64,000 nt of DNA from a virus, in the IMG/VR virus record IMGVR_UViG_3300010397_000045, positions 1 through 64,000 of that record, one strand, 5' to 3'. Numbering within the stretch: position 1 is the stretch's first letter; the number at the start of each line of letters is the position of its first letter. Positions 38,593 to 48,304 of this stretch are shown in pieces. A program made the position numbers and the translations under genes. Below the pieces are notes generated by a model. The model did not search any database, was not told the origin of the DNA, and was given only the letters and a program-made list of their open reading frames with translations.

Positions 38593-40497
38593 ATGCCTAT
38601 CCACAAAACATCGGGTGGTTGGCAGTGGGGTAATAACGGTCACGTGTACCCCAACCGCGAGGGTGCCGAGAAGCAGGCGGCCGCGGCGCACGCGCATGGT
38701 TTTACCGGAGACGCCAACGCCGCAGGCGTCGCCCTGCGTTCGCCCCAAGGCCGTCTGCTGTTCCTCAAACGCAGCGACGCCGGCGATCACCCTGGTGAGT
38801 GGTGCTTTCCCGGTGGGAAGATCGAGGCGGGCGAGGATTCACTGGCTGCGGCGTTGCGTGAGACCCGTGAAGAGACGGGACACAACGTCAAAGAGACGAC
38901 GCCGGTTGAGTCACGCAACGGATTTGCGACGTTTGCGGAAGCGGTCGAGCAAGAGTTCGTCCCGGCCTTGAACGAGGAACACACGGCCTACGCCTGGGCG
39001 AACCCGTGGGACGCGCCAGAGCCGTTGCATCCGGGCGTCAAGGAGACTTTGAGCATGCTGTCGTCAAACCGCATACACGATGCTGACACGTTGGATTTTG
39101 CCGGGTACTACGCGCCCGAGAAGATCCGGGGCACGGAGAAGCGTCGCATAACCCCGGAAGGGTTTATGGTCATCGAGGGTAATCCGATCGCCCGCATAGG
39201 TGAGCAGGTCTACAACTCGCGCGAGATCAACAAGGATGTGTCCACCGATGACCCGAAATACATCAAGCCCAACGGCTCCGGCGTCATCGTAGTCGAGCGC
39301 CTCGAGGAAGAGGTGTTCCACCCGGAGACGCTCGCCTCCTTCGAAGGCAAGGATCTGACCATCGAACACCCTCCAGAGGGTGTTGATATCACCAACTGGA
39401 AAAATATGACCGTGGGGCATGTGCAGAACGTGCGCCGCGGGACTGGCATCGAAGACGACCTGGTGCTCGCCGACATCATAGTCAAAGATCCGATGGCGAT
39501 CGAGCACATCAACAAATACCTCCCGGAAATCTCGGCCGGTTACCGTGCCGATTACGAGCCGGTCGAGCCTGGGAGGGCTATTCAGCGCAACATTATCGGC
39601 AATCATGTGGCCGGGGTAAAAGCCGGGCGCGCAGGTGCCCGGGTTGCAATCCGTGACCATGCAATAGATACAGGAGACATAGATATGCCCACGCCAAACC
39701 GGACGTCAGTGTTGCGCGCAGTGCTCGCAGCAATTGGGGTCAAGACGGAAGACGTTGCCCGAGTCGAGTCGGCCGTGAGTGCGGTCGACACTATCGACGA
39801 GTCCAGCAACGAGAAGGAGACCGCGAAGAAGATGCACGAGATTTCGAATGACATGAAGGCCGTCAAGGACTGGATGGCTGCACGCGATGCCGAGCGCGAG
39901 GAGGAGAAGAAGATTGCGAAGGAGGCGCTCGACAAGAAGACGCGCGATGCTGAGAAGGAGGAGACCGAGAAGGCTGCGGCAGCCAAGGAGTTGGCTGAGA
40001 AAGAAGCTGTCGGTGACACCATCATCGAGGCCGAGGGCACCGGTAGCGCGGTCAACCTGGGCAAGACCTGGAAAGGGTCGATGACGGGCGACGCAGCCGC
40101 CGAGGAGCCGATCCTCTCGGCGATCAACGCCCGCGCGGAGATCCTGGCACCGGGAGCTCCTAAGCTCACGGCGGACTCTATCAAGGGCAATCAGGGGCGT
40201 GCTCTCGCGGCACATCTGCGTTACGTGTTGACGCAGCATGCCACCACTCCCACCGGCCGCGTCAATGTGCAGCAGTTTCTCGTTGGTGATTCGATTGAGA
40301 AATTGAGTGGCACCAAGCTGGTAGGTGTGTTCAACGGTGCCGCGGCGTTGGCCCGTGCCAAGAACAACCAGTTGTCGTTGGTGACGGCGCGTCGCGCGAC
40401 TTCTGATGGAGTTAGCAAGGCGCCACGTACCGCGGCCGAGATCAATGCTGCCAACCGTGAGTATTGGGCAAAACGTAACGGCGGGGCGTCTTCGTAA
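38593..40497 (+). CDS. Nudix hydrolase fused to DUF2213 prohead protease/scaffold
   Basis: Nudix box GGKIEAGEDSLAAALRETREETG; TPEGF..IAR.G...T.EHP...EISAGY...GNHVA...GRAG; charged coiled-coil scaffold. Confidence 0.88.
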   Translation: MPIHKTSGGWQWGNNGHVYPNREGAEKQAAAAHAHGFTGDANAAGVALRSPQGRLLFLKRSDAGDHPGEWCFPGGKIEAGEDSLAAALRETREETGHNVKETTPVESRNGFATFAEAVEQEFVPALNEEHTAYAWANPWDAPEPLHPGVKETLSMLSSNRIHDADTLDFAGYYAPEKIRGTEKRRITPEGFMVIEGNPIARIGEQVYNSREINKDVSTDDPKYIKPNGSGVIVVERLEEEVFHPETLASFEGKDLTIEHPPEGVDITNWKNMTVGHVQNVRRGTGIEDDLVLADIIVKDPMAIEHINKYLPEISAGYRADYEPVEPGRAIQRNIIGNHVAGVKAGRAGARVAIRDHAIDTGDIDMPTPNRTSVLRAVLAAIGVKTEDVARVESAVSAVDTIDESSNEKETAKKMHEISNDMKAVKDWMAARDAEREEEKKIAKEALDKKTRDAEKEETEKAAAAKELAEKEAVGDTIIEAEGTGSAVNLGKTWKGSMTGDAAAEEPILSAINARAEILAPGAPKLTADSIKGNQGRALAAHLRYVLTQHATTPTGRVNVQQFLVGDSIEKLSGTKLVGVFNGAAALARAKNNQLSLVTARRATSDGVSKAPRTAAEINAANREYWAKRNGGASS

Positions 40498-40530
40498 AAC
40501 CCTGGCCATTTCATAGAAAGAGGATACAAC

Positions 40531-41034
40531 ATGTCTGTTATCACATTTCGGATGCCTTTCGGTGTCCAGGGTGACATTACCCGCCCTTCACAGGCGCACG
40601 TCGAGTCACTGGTTTTGGGTGCAACGGCGTTCGCACAGTTCGGGCTCCCGGGTAAGGTCTCCGGCAACAAGTTCATCCCGGTGGCTGCCAACAACGATGT
40701 TATATACGGATTCCTGGCACGTCCGTTTCCAATTACTGGAGCGAGCGCGTCGGACCCGCTCGGAACTTCGGTTCCTCCCGCCACGGGCATTGCCAACGTT
40801 CTGAAGCGCGGTTACATATCGGCACTCGTGCAGCTGAACGCCGCGACCTGTGCGTTGGGGTCTGGTGTGTTCGTGCGGTATCAGAACCCGTCAGGCAGTC
40901 AGATTATCGCAGGTGTCGAAGGTGCGACCACCGGCAACAACTACCAGATCCTGACGGCGACCGCCGCCCAGAACACCTATTTCACTGGCCCGGCGGATGC
41001 CAACAACCTGGCTGAAGTCGCTTTTAACATCTGA
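40531..41034 (+). CDS. Capsid decoration/cement protein
   Basis: RMPFGVQGDITR...LKRGYI; lies between protease and capsid genes. Confidence 0.75.
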   Translation: MSVITFRMPFGVQGDITRPSQAHVESLVLGATAFAQFGLPGKVSGNKFIPVAANNDVIYGFLARPFPITGASASDPLGTSVPPATGIANVLKRGYISALVQLNAATCALGSGVFVRYQNPSGSQIIAGVEGATTGNNYQILTATAAQNTYFTGPADANNLAEVAFNI

Positions 41035-41069
41035 GGCTGGAGCCCAGAGTCAATTTGAGGTAAAACAAA

Positions 41070-42179
41070 ATGATCCATGTAGCGTCAGCCTCGCACAAGC
41101 GAGGAATCACGTTGCCTTTGACTGTAGTCAAAGACACCAACACCCCGTTGTTTCGGCGCCGGAGCGTCAGCGTGCCGGAGGCTGCGCGCATGCTGCGCAA
41201 CGTCGATACACGGGATTCGTTCACATTCGATGCCGCCACCGCGGATGCCGCCGGCGTGTTCCTGGTGGGAGAATTGGAGCGGCTCGACCAACGGTTGCAC
41301 ATGCCACTGGCATCGGTGACCTGGAGCCGGGACATCGATCTGCGCGAAGATGTTACCATCGCAGATGAGCGTTCCAGCTATACCAACAGCCAGTTCGGCC
41401 AGGTTCCGGGCGTGGCTGGTTCCAACAAGGCGTGGGTCGGCAAGGAAGCCAACGCCATCGTCAACGTGTCGCTCGACATCGGCAAGACAACCCAGCCGCT
41501 AGAGCTGTGGGCGACGACACTGTCGTGGACGATCCCCGAGCTGGCGTCCGCGCAGCAGGTCGGCCGCCCAGTGGACGACCAGAAGCATATGGCGATGCAG
41601 TTGAAGCATCAGATGGACTGCGACGAGCAGGTCTACGTGGGTGATGCTGCGTTGTCTATGCCCGGCCTCCTCAACCATACGCTGCTGACCAACGTCGGCA
41701 ACGCGGTCACGGGCAGCTGGGCAGGTGCGACGCCGGCGCAGATCCTGGCCGATGTCAACTCACTGCTCAACAGCGTGTGGGCTGCGGCGGCGTGGGCGGT
41801 GATTCCGAATCGCCTGCTTCTGTCTCCGACCGAGTATTCGATCATCGTGTCTACGTTGATCAGCTCAGCAGGTAACATCTCAATCAAGAAGTTCCTCGAG
41901 ATGAACAACCTGGCGTCGGCGAACGGTCAGCCGCTCGAGATCCAGCCTGTCAAATGGCTGCTCGGCACCAACAACTCCAACACCTTGGGCGTCGCCGCGA
42001 CCAACTCCATGTTTGCGTACGTGAAGGACCCGTTGCGGGTGCGGTGGCCGTATGTACCGCTGCAGCGAACCCCCCTCGAGTGGCGGTCTATATGGCAGAT
42101 GGTGACCTACTACGGACGTCTGGGTGTCATGGAGATGGTGTACCCAGAGGTGTGCGGACGTCGGTCTAATCTGGGTTGA
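41070..42179 (+). CDS. Major capsid protein (DUF2184 family)
   Basis: FLVGELERLD..L..PL..VTWSRDIDLREDV; EQVYVGD; YYGRLGVME.VYPE. Confidence 0.92.
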   Translation: MIHVASASHKRGITLPLTVVKDTNTPLFRRRSVSVPEAARMLRNVDTRDSFTFDAATADAAGVFLVGELERLDQRLHMPLASVTWSRDIDLREDVTIADERSSYTNSQFGQVPGVAGSNKAWVGKEANAIVNVSLDIGKTTQPLELWATTLSWTIPELASAQQVGRPVDDQKHMAMQLKHQMDCDEQVYVGDAALSMPGLLNHTLLTNVGNAVTGSWAGATPAQILADVNSLLNSVWAAAAWAVIPNRLLLSPTEYSIIVSTLISSAGNISIKKFLEMNNLASANGQPLEIQPVKWLLGTNNSNTLGVAATNSMFAYVKDPLRVRWPYVPLQRTPLEWRSIWQMVTYYGRLGVMEMVYPEVCGRRSNLG

Positions 42180-42241
42180 GGTTCTGTCACTCAGTACCCC
42201 CGGGTTTCCGGGCCGGGGGTTGATCTTCCGATAAAGGAGCA

Positions 42242-42790
42242 TTGCAAATGAAAGTAGTATTGTTGAGACCGTTCGTGTACTCGCACAGGCCGACCAGCGG
42301 CTCGCGGTTGACGACAGAGACGAAGTTCCTTCCCGACATGAACAAGCAGACCAAGGCGTGGGAGCCGACTGAGACCACCATTCCAGATGACATCTGGAGT
42401 GACCCGTGGGTTTCAGAGCAGTACGCGGATGGCGCCATCGAGCGCCTGGAGGTGACGAAGAACCGCATGCAGATGGCTCACGACAGACTTCAAGAAGAGC
42501 TAGAGGCCAACGCGAAGATCGTGCAGCAGGCAGAGGCGGCGTTCGCGCGGGCGCAGGGTGCGGCGAACGTGAAGCAGCAGCGCGAGAACACGGTTGCCGA
42601 CGAACTTAACACACCAGTCAACCAGTTGAAGAACCAACAGGGGGCTGACATCGGCGGCGCAGACAGGGCTGCGCTGGATCGGGAGTTGAACACACCCGTC
42701 AACGTTCTGCAACAGCGGCAGTCTGGGTCACTCGAGGAGCCCACGCAACCTGAGATCGACGAGCCCAAGAAAGGTCGCAAAGGTAAGTAA
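42242..42790 (+). CDS. Hypothetical head-associated protein
   Basis: Directly after the capsid gene; duplicated ELNTPVN motif. Confidence 0.6.
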   Translation: MQMKVVLLRPFVYSHRPTSGSRLTTETKFLPDMNKQTKAWEPTETTIPDDIWSDPWVSEQYADGAIERLEVTKNRMQMAHDRLQEELEANAKIVQQAEAAFARAQGAANVKQQRENTVADELNTPVNQLKNQQGADIGGADRAALDRELNTPVNVLQQRQSGSLEEPTQPEIDEPKKGRKGK

Positions 42791-42792
42791 CC

Positions 42793-43272
42793 ATGGCCGT
42801 CACCCCCCAGTCGTTCAGGCAGACGTTCCGGATGTTCAAGAATCCGGACGTTGCGCCGGACGACGCCATCGTGTACTACACCACCCTTGCCATGAACGCC
42901 CTGGCAGGCTCGACAATGGGTACCCGGTTCGATGCCATCTCGCTTGACAGGGCTGTGAGTCTGTACGTGGCACACAGCCTAACCCTCGATGCTCGTGATA
43001 TAGACGCCATCGGGGGCGGACAGAATCAGACTCCTACTGGGGCGGTACCGGGTGAGATCAAGGGGCCGGCAACCACCAAGACGGTCGACAAGGTGTCGGT
43101 GAGTTTCGACACCAAAGCCGTCAGTTGGGAAGATGAGGCATACTGGAATCAGACACGCTTTGGTGTCGAGCTTGTAAACATGATCAGGATGTTCGGAGCG
43201 GGTGGTATCCAACTGGGAACTCCGGGAGCTGGCGACGTTGATTCTGTTGGCTGGGGTGTGGGTTGGTGGTGA
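42793..43272 (+). CDS. Head-tail adaptor (DUF4054)
   Basis: FR..F..F, LYVAH.L, KTVDKVSVSFD, WNQTRFG. Confidence 0.85.
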   Translation: MAVTPQSFRQTFRMFKNPDVAPDDAIVYYTTLAMNALAGSTMGTRFDAISLDRAVSLYVAHSLTLDARDIDAIGGGQNQTPTGAVPGEIKGPATTKTVDKVSVSFDTKAVSWEDEAYWNQTRFGVELVNMIRMFGAGGIQLGTPGAGDVDSVGWGVGWW

Positions 43273-43276
43273 TACC

Positions 43277-43903
43277 GTGGCGATAGATATCATAAGGAAT
43301 GACCGGGTGCGTGGGATGTTGCAATCCATCTACGTGCTCACGGGCGAGCAGCTGGTCATCGGCATACCCGAGAACAACTCGCCTAGATCCGACAGTGGGT
43401 TGACCAATGCCGAGCTGGGTTATATCCACGAGCGCGGCGCGCCCGGTGCCAACATACCGGCGCGGCCGTTCCTGGTCCCAGGCGTGCGCAAGGCCGTGCC
43501 GTTCATGCTGCCACATTTGAAACGGGCGTGTAACTTCGCGTTGGATATGAATTACGTCAAGGCGCACAAGGCGCTCGAGCAAGCGGGCTCCGTGGCGGAG
43601 AGGTTCGTCAAGCGTGAGATCATGACTGGCAACTTCGCGCCGCTGCAGCCAAGTACGATCGCCAACCGGTTCCGCGGCCGCGGCGTGTCAGGTCCGTCGC
43701 GCGGTGAGAGACGATATCTGACGCTCATCGGGTTGGGGGCGTCCCCACAGTTGGCGCAGGACGCCGTCGGGATACACCCGCTCATCAACAGCCGCCAGCT
43801 GTATAACTCGATCGGTTATGCTGTGCGGCGGGTATTCCAGGATCGTTGGGTTGACAAGGTCGTGCGTGCTATCAATCAGGTCATTAACGTCAAGGGTAAG
43901 TAA
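43277..43903 (+). CDS. Neck/tail completion protein
   Basis: IGIP...TNAELGYIHERGAP..NIPARPFL...PLI....LYNSI. Confidence 0.8.
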   Translation: MAIDIIRNDRVRGMLQSIYVLTGEQLVIGIPENNSPRSDSGLTNAELGYIHERGAPGANIPARPFLVPGVRKAVPFMLPHLKRACNFALDMNYVKAHKALEQAGSVAERFVKREIMTGNFAPLQPSTIANRFRGRGVSGPSRGERRYLTLIGLGASPQLAQDAVGIHPLINSRQLYNSIGYAVRRVFQDRWVDKVVRAINQVINVKGK

Positions 43904-44275
43904 ATGCCACGCCTGGACGTATCCGATGTGTTGACCGACTCTAACTTCTGCGATGCGACGCTCAGGTGCGAGCGGTACAACATCAGCATCAACCCGCAGG
44001 GACGCTCGGTGACGGTTCAGACGCTGCTGGGGTTCGCAGGCGTGATTACCAGCGACTCAGGTGAAAGGTTGAATCGCGGCATCATAGGTGAGCACGCTAC
44101 CGACACCATCACAGTAATCACGCGTTTCAGGCTGCGCGATGCCGGGTCCGGGGCCACAGCCGACATCGTGCAATGGAACGGCAACCGGTACACGGTGGTG
44201 TCGGTCAACGACTACAGCACGTACGGCGTCGGGTTCACAGAAAACATATGCGAAATGGTACCACTGGCAGGATGA
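43904..44275 (+). CDS. Head closure protein
   Basis: MP.LDVSDVL.D..F...ADIVQWNG.RY.V..VNDYS.YG.GF. Confidence 0.75.
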   Translation: MPRLDVSDVLTDSNFCDATLRCERYNISINPQGRSVTVQTLLGFAGVITSDSGERLNRGIIGEHATDTITVITRFRLRDAGSGATADIVQWNGNRYTVVSVNDYSTYGVGFTENICEMVPLAG

Positions 44276-44282
44276 ATCAAAC

Positions 44283-45311
44283 ATGCTACTTCTAACGTCG
44301 ACCAGTGATCTTGTCCAGGTTATAACCGGATCTTCTGGCGCTATAGCTGTACACGAGAGTCATGTTGACAACAATGCTGGCACCATAACACCGGGACGCG
44401 CTAACACGGCGTCGATCACCACGAACACTACGACGACGGTGGTAGCCTCTCCTGGCGCGAGCGTACAGCGTAACGTCAAGACGTTATTCATTTTCAACAC
44501 GCATGCTAGTGTGTCGAATCTGATCACGGTCAAGCATACGGATGGGACCAACGCCGAGCAGCTTTGGAGTGGCACGCTGCTGGCCGGCGAATCAGTTGTC
44601 ATGGACGAGGCCGGGTGCTGGTGGAAGTACTCTGCCAATGGCCAGTTGCAGACTGTCGGCTTGCCGGTCACGACCAAGGGCGACGTCGTTGTGTTTGACA
44701 CCACACCGAACCGGTTGGGGGTGGGCTCTGATAGCCAAGTGTTGATGGCGGCGGCGTCGGCCACGTCTGGGTTGAAGTATGCCAATGTGGTGCAATCCAA
44801 CCGATCCACCAGCACGGTGAGTGCCGGATATGCCACTGATACTTACCTCGCAGGCTCGAGTATTACCATCCCAGCAGGTGGACCTCGTGTAGGCACGGTA
44901 TACCGCTGCAAATTTGACATGGTCAAGACGGCGGCGGGTACAGCCGCCTTTACGATCAACGTGCGTTATGGAACAGCCGGCACGACCTCGGACGCCTCTA
45001 TCCTATCCTTTGCTTTTACGGCCGGCACTGGTGTCGCCGACACAGGTGAGTTTGAGATTGAGTTGCACTTCCGCACAGTAGGCTCGGGTACGAGCGCCGT
45101 GGTGGTCGGGTTATGCAAGTGTGACCACCAGTTGGCTGCCACAGGGCTCACCGCCCAGGGCGCAGCCGGTTACGCGCAGATTACGACCGTGTCGAGCGGA
45201 TTTAACAGCACGCCGGCTGGATCGATCCTGGGGCTTTCGGTTAACGGCGGCGCCTCGTTCTCGGGCACCAACACAATCGTTCAGACTGAGACGTTTAACC
45301 TGGATATCTGA
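44283..45311 (+). CDS. Fibre-like virion protein
   Basis: MLLLTSTSD start; TTKGD...RLGVGSDSQVL fibre motif. Confidence 0.65.
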   Translation: MLLLTSTSDLVQVITGSSGAIAVHESHVDNNAGTITPGRANTASITTNTTTTVVASPGASVQRNVKTLFIFNTHASVSNLITVKHTDGTNAEQLWSGTLLAGESVVMDEAGCWWKYSANGQLQTVGLPVTTKGDVVVFDTTPNRLGVGSDSQVLMAAASATSGLKYANVVQSNRSTSTVSAGYATDTYLAGSSITIPAGGPRVGTVYRCKFDMVKTAAGTAAFTINVRYGTAGTTSDASILSFAFTAGTGVADTGEFEIELHFRTVGSGTSAVVVGLCKCDHQLAATGLTAQGAAGYAQITTVSSGFNSTPAGSILGLSVNGGASFSGTNTIVQTETFNLDI

Positions 45312-45316
45312 TTGAC

Positions 45317-46333
45317 ATGGCCGGCTCCAGACGACAACAGATGTTCAACGACCCGAACCCGTCTAACCTGGGTAACGTCGCGGGCATCCCGCCGTTCTTG
45401 GTTATGACGACGCTGACGCCTACGCTGGCCGGCAGTACGATCCTCGTGCATGCATGTGTTGCGAACCTCTCAGGTAACTTTGTTGACAAGGTTAAAGACA
45501 GCGTCAATGGGTTCTACACGCCGGCGCGACGCATCGACAATCCTACTAATGGACTCTCCAATGGATTGTGGTACAAGCAGAACGCCGCCGCCTTGGGGGT
45601 TGGTGATCACGGCAGCGTGACGAGCGGCACGTCCACGTCACTTACCGATACGAGCAAGAATTGGACAGGGGTCAACTTTACTGGCAAGACGGTGCTCGAA
45701 TACAGCTCTGGCAACTCATGGACGGTAACCTCCAACACGGCCACGGTTCTAAACTTCTCGGCTGGTGCCACGCCCGTGGCTGGGAATCTGTACGTGGTCG
45801 GTGATTACATCTCGGTCATCATGTCCAACTCGGACGACTACAATGCAGGACATGCCGAGGAATGGACCGGTGTCGCGGCGAACTCGGTCGTCGACCACAA
45901 CATGACCGCGACGGACATCCCCGTATCTGGCGGTGTGGTTGGACCGAACTGTGTGACGACCGGGTTGATCGTATTAGGACCCGATCCGTGCACGCTGATT
46001 GGTCATTGTACGAACGACGTGGATGGCGGCTCGACGCCGTTCGTGCCGACCATCGGGCAGGGACTCGGTTACAGTGATGATGGCACGATGTGGATCTTCG
46101 ACGTAGGCGCCCCCATCGCGCGTTTGCAGAGCGTGTACATACCCAACCCACTGGCTCTGCCGTCACTGACGCTCGACATGAAGTTTACCGCGCAGCACCC
46201 GGACAACTTCCAGGCGAATGTAATCGCTTTGCGGGACGCGCCGGTGGCTACCTCCCAGGTGGGACCCAGCAATCGCTGGCGGCGGCGCTGGAGCGGTGAG
46301 TCGATGGGGTTGAACATCAAGGAGTGGTGGTGA
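45317..46333 (+). CDS. Virion protein, paralog of the N-terminal domain of 35563-38259
   Basis: Shared TLxGSTIL, DxVNG, RRxxNP, LWxxQNAA, LTDxxxxWT, DHN, DDGTxW, GxPIxRxQ motifs. Confidence 0.65.
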   Translation: MAGSRRQQMFNDPNPSNLGNVAGIPPFLVMTTLTPTLAGSTILVHACVANLSGNFVDKVKDSVNGFYTPARRIDNPTNGLSNGLWYKQNAAALGVGDHGSVTSGTSTSLTDTSKNWTGVNFTGKTVLEYSSGNSWTVTSNTATVLNFSAGATPVAGNLYVVGDYISVIMSNSDDYNAGHAEEWTGVAANSVVDHNMTATDIPVSGGVVGPNCVTTGLIVLGPDPCTLIGHCTNDVDGGSTPFVPTIGQGLGYSDDGTMWIFDVGAPIARLQSVYIPNPLALPSLTLDMKFTAQHPDNFQANVIALRDAPVATSQVGPSNRWRRRWSGESMGLNIKEWW

Positions 46334-46334
46334 G

Positions 46335-47699
46335 ATGAGCGAAGACCTCATCATCCAGAAATGGTTCGACCTGGACGTGCTGCAGCCGACGGGTGGCAGC
46401 AACACGACCATAACGCCAGCTGTTGGGGCCATTGCTTTAGCCGGCGTGGGTTCTATTCTCAATCTGGGTGTTACACCCCTGGTCGGTGCCATCACGATTG
46501 CAGGCGTGGCGTCCGGAATCGTGCGTGGTACGGTCATCACTCCAACCGTCGGTGCCATCACACTGGCAGGGGTGGCGCCGGGTATCGTTCTAGGCTTTGT
46601 GCTCATACCCCCCGTAGGGTCTATTACACTTGGTGGGGTTGCTCCAGGCATTACGTTAGGTACGGTCATTACCCCCACTGTGGGGTCGATTACTCTGACC
46701 GGCGTGGCGCCGGGCATCGTTCGCGGCACCGCGCTGACGCCTACCATAGGCTCGATCACAATCAACGGAGTTGCCCCCGGCATCGCGCTGGGTACGGTGA
46801 TGACGCCCACCGTGGGAGCCATCACACTGACAGGCGTCGCGCCAACCGTCATACGTGGCACGGTGATAACACCCACCGTGGGAGCCGTCACATTGGCGGG
46901 CGTTGCGCCTGCGCTCATTCAGGGTACCGTCATAACCCCATCGGCGGGCGCGATAACGCTGGCGGGTGTCGCATCCACGATTGTGCGGGGCACCGTCATA
47001 ACTCCTTCGGTGGGTTCGGTAACTCTGGCGGGTGTTGCTGGTGTTATGAATATCGGGATCGCGCCACCAACGGGTGCGATCGTGTTGGGTGGGGTGGCTC
47101 CCAACGTCTTCAGTGGTTTGACTCCGGCGGTAGGTGCGATCACGCTGAACGGAGTTGCGGTTACACTCAAGCTGGGTGTTGCGCCGCTTCCAGGGTCGAT
47201 CACGCTAGGCGGGGTGGCGCCGGGCGTCATCCAGGGCACGGTGCTGCAACCGGGTGCAGGAGGGCTCACTCTCAGTGGGGTGGCACCCGGACTTGTCCGG
47301 GGAACCGTCATAGGGCCGCCCGCAGCCGTTCTGGGGCTCTCCGGGGCTGCCTTGCGGCTGGGTTTGGGGATAACGGCACCCGTAAGCCCTATGGCGCTTC
47401 TAGGGGGCTTCCCAAGCCTCGGATTAGGGCTTCAGGGCCTAACCGGCGTCCTTTCCTTGGCTGGGGCGGCCCCCGTCTTCGGACAGGTCCGCATCATACC
47501 TGGTACGGGCGCTCTGGGGCTCGCAGGGGCGGCTGGAGCAGTCGGTATATCCATCACACCTCCTACGGGCGTCCTCGCGATCGAGGGTGGCCGGGTGAAT
47601 CCGATCAATGGTTATTCATGGACGCGCTACCTGTTACCTGCGCAGGGGCGGGTTCTGCAAGTCGAGCACGGAAACTACCTGTTACCGGTTGAATCATGA
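46335..47699 (+). CDS. Tandem-repeat fibre-like protein
   Basis: Repeated VITPTVGAITLxGVAPxxxxGT units of about 22 aa. Confidence 0.75.
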   Translation: MSEDLIIQKWFDLDVLQPTGGSNTTITPAVGAIALAGVGSILNLGVTPLVGAITIAGVASGIVRGTVITPTVGAITLAGVAPGIVLGFVLIPPVGSITLGGVAPGITLGTVITPTVGSITLTGVAPGIVRGTALTPTIGSITINGVAPGIALGTVMTPTVGAITLTGVAPTVIRGTVITPTVGAVTLAGVAPALIQGTVITPSAGAITLAGVASTIVRGTVITPSVGSVTLAGVAGVMNIGIAPPTGAIVLGGVAPNVFSGLTPAVGAITLNGVAVTLKLGVAPLPGSITLGGVAPGVIQGTVLQPGAGGLTLSGVAPGLVRGTVIGPPAAVLGLSGAALRLGLGITAPVSPMALLGGFPSLGLGLQGLTGVLSLAGAAPVFGQVRIIPGTGALGLAGAAGAVGISITPPTGVLAIEGGRVNPINGYSWTRYLLPAQGRVLQVEHGNYLLPVES

Positions 47700-48286
47700 C
47701 AACAGCACCCTTCTACGTCCCCACGGCCCCCCTCGAGGATGATGAACTCGACACGGCGCTGCAGCAGATGGTCGTCGGCATCACCGGCATGGACCCAACG
47801 TTGGTGCGCCCGCGGTGGCAACCAACGGTACAGAAGCAGCCGGAGCCTACTGTCGATTGGTGCTCGATCGGTGTCACTACCTCCAAGCCCGATACTAACG
47901 CGTCCATACAGCATCTGTTCGGTGATGACATAACAGCACCGGCAGGTGACCTCGAGCAGGTGCACGAGGAGTTGGAGGTGGCTGTCAGCTTTCTGGGTCC
48001 GCACGCGAAGACGAACCTGGGTGTGCTACGTGACGGCCTTAAGATCATGCAGAACCTGGACCCGATCAAGTTGGTCGGGCTGTACTTCAAGGAGATAGGG
48101 CCGGCGCAGGTAGCGCCTGACTTTATAAATCAACAATGGATTCGACGTTGGGATACCACCATGGTATTCAGGCGCATGGTCGCCAGGGTGTATGGTATCA
48201 ACAATATCGAATCGGCGGAGATCGATCTGCAGGACGATTCCAGCCACGTCAACCGTGTCATAAAAGCTCCGCCATCTGGGCGATAA
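47696..48286 (+). CDS. Tail terminator/neck protein
   Basis: GITG....LVRPRWQP...QP....DWC; directly before the sheath gene. Confidence 0.75.
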   Translation: MTTAPFYVPTAPLEDDELDTALQQMVVGITGMDPTLVRPRWQPTVQKQPEPTVDWCSIGVTTSKPDTNASIQHLFGDDITAPAGDLEQVHEELEVAVSFLGPHAKTNLGVLRDGLKIMQNLDPIKLVGLYFKEIGPAQVAPDFINQQWIRRWDTTMVFRRMVARVYGINNIESAEIDLQDDSSHVNRVIKAPPSGR

Positions 48287-48304
48287 CTTTTGGAGTAATC
48301 AAAC

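Noticed and set aside
42196-42220. Terminator after the capsid gene
   Set aside because: The hairpin ACCCCCGG/CCGGGGGT is present but has no convincing U-tract. It may stabilise mRNA but is not called as a terminator.
42602-42705. Duplicated ELNTPVN peptide as a DNA repeat element
   Set aside because: Synonymous codons differ between the copies, so it is a protein-level repeat.
46361-47692. 443-aa alternative-frame ORF and antisense ORFs over the repeat gene
   Set aside because: Shadow frames of a GC-rich repetitive coding sequence. The same applies to long antisense ORFs such as 8983-10023, 32366-33853 and 48626-49573.
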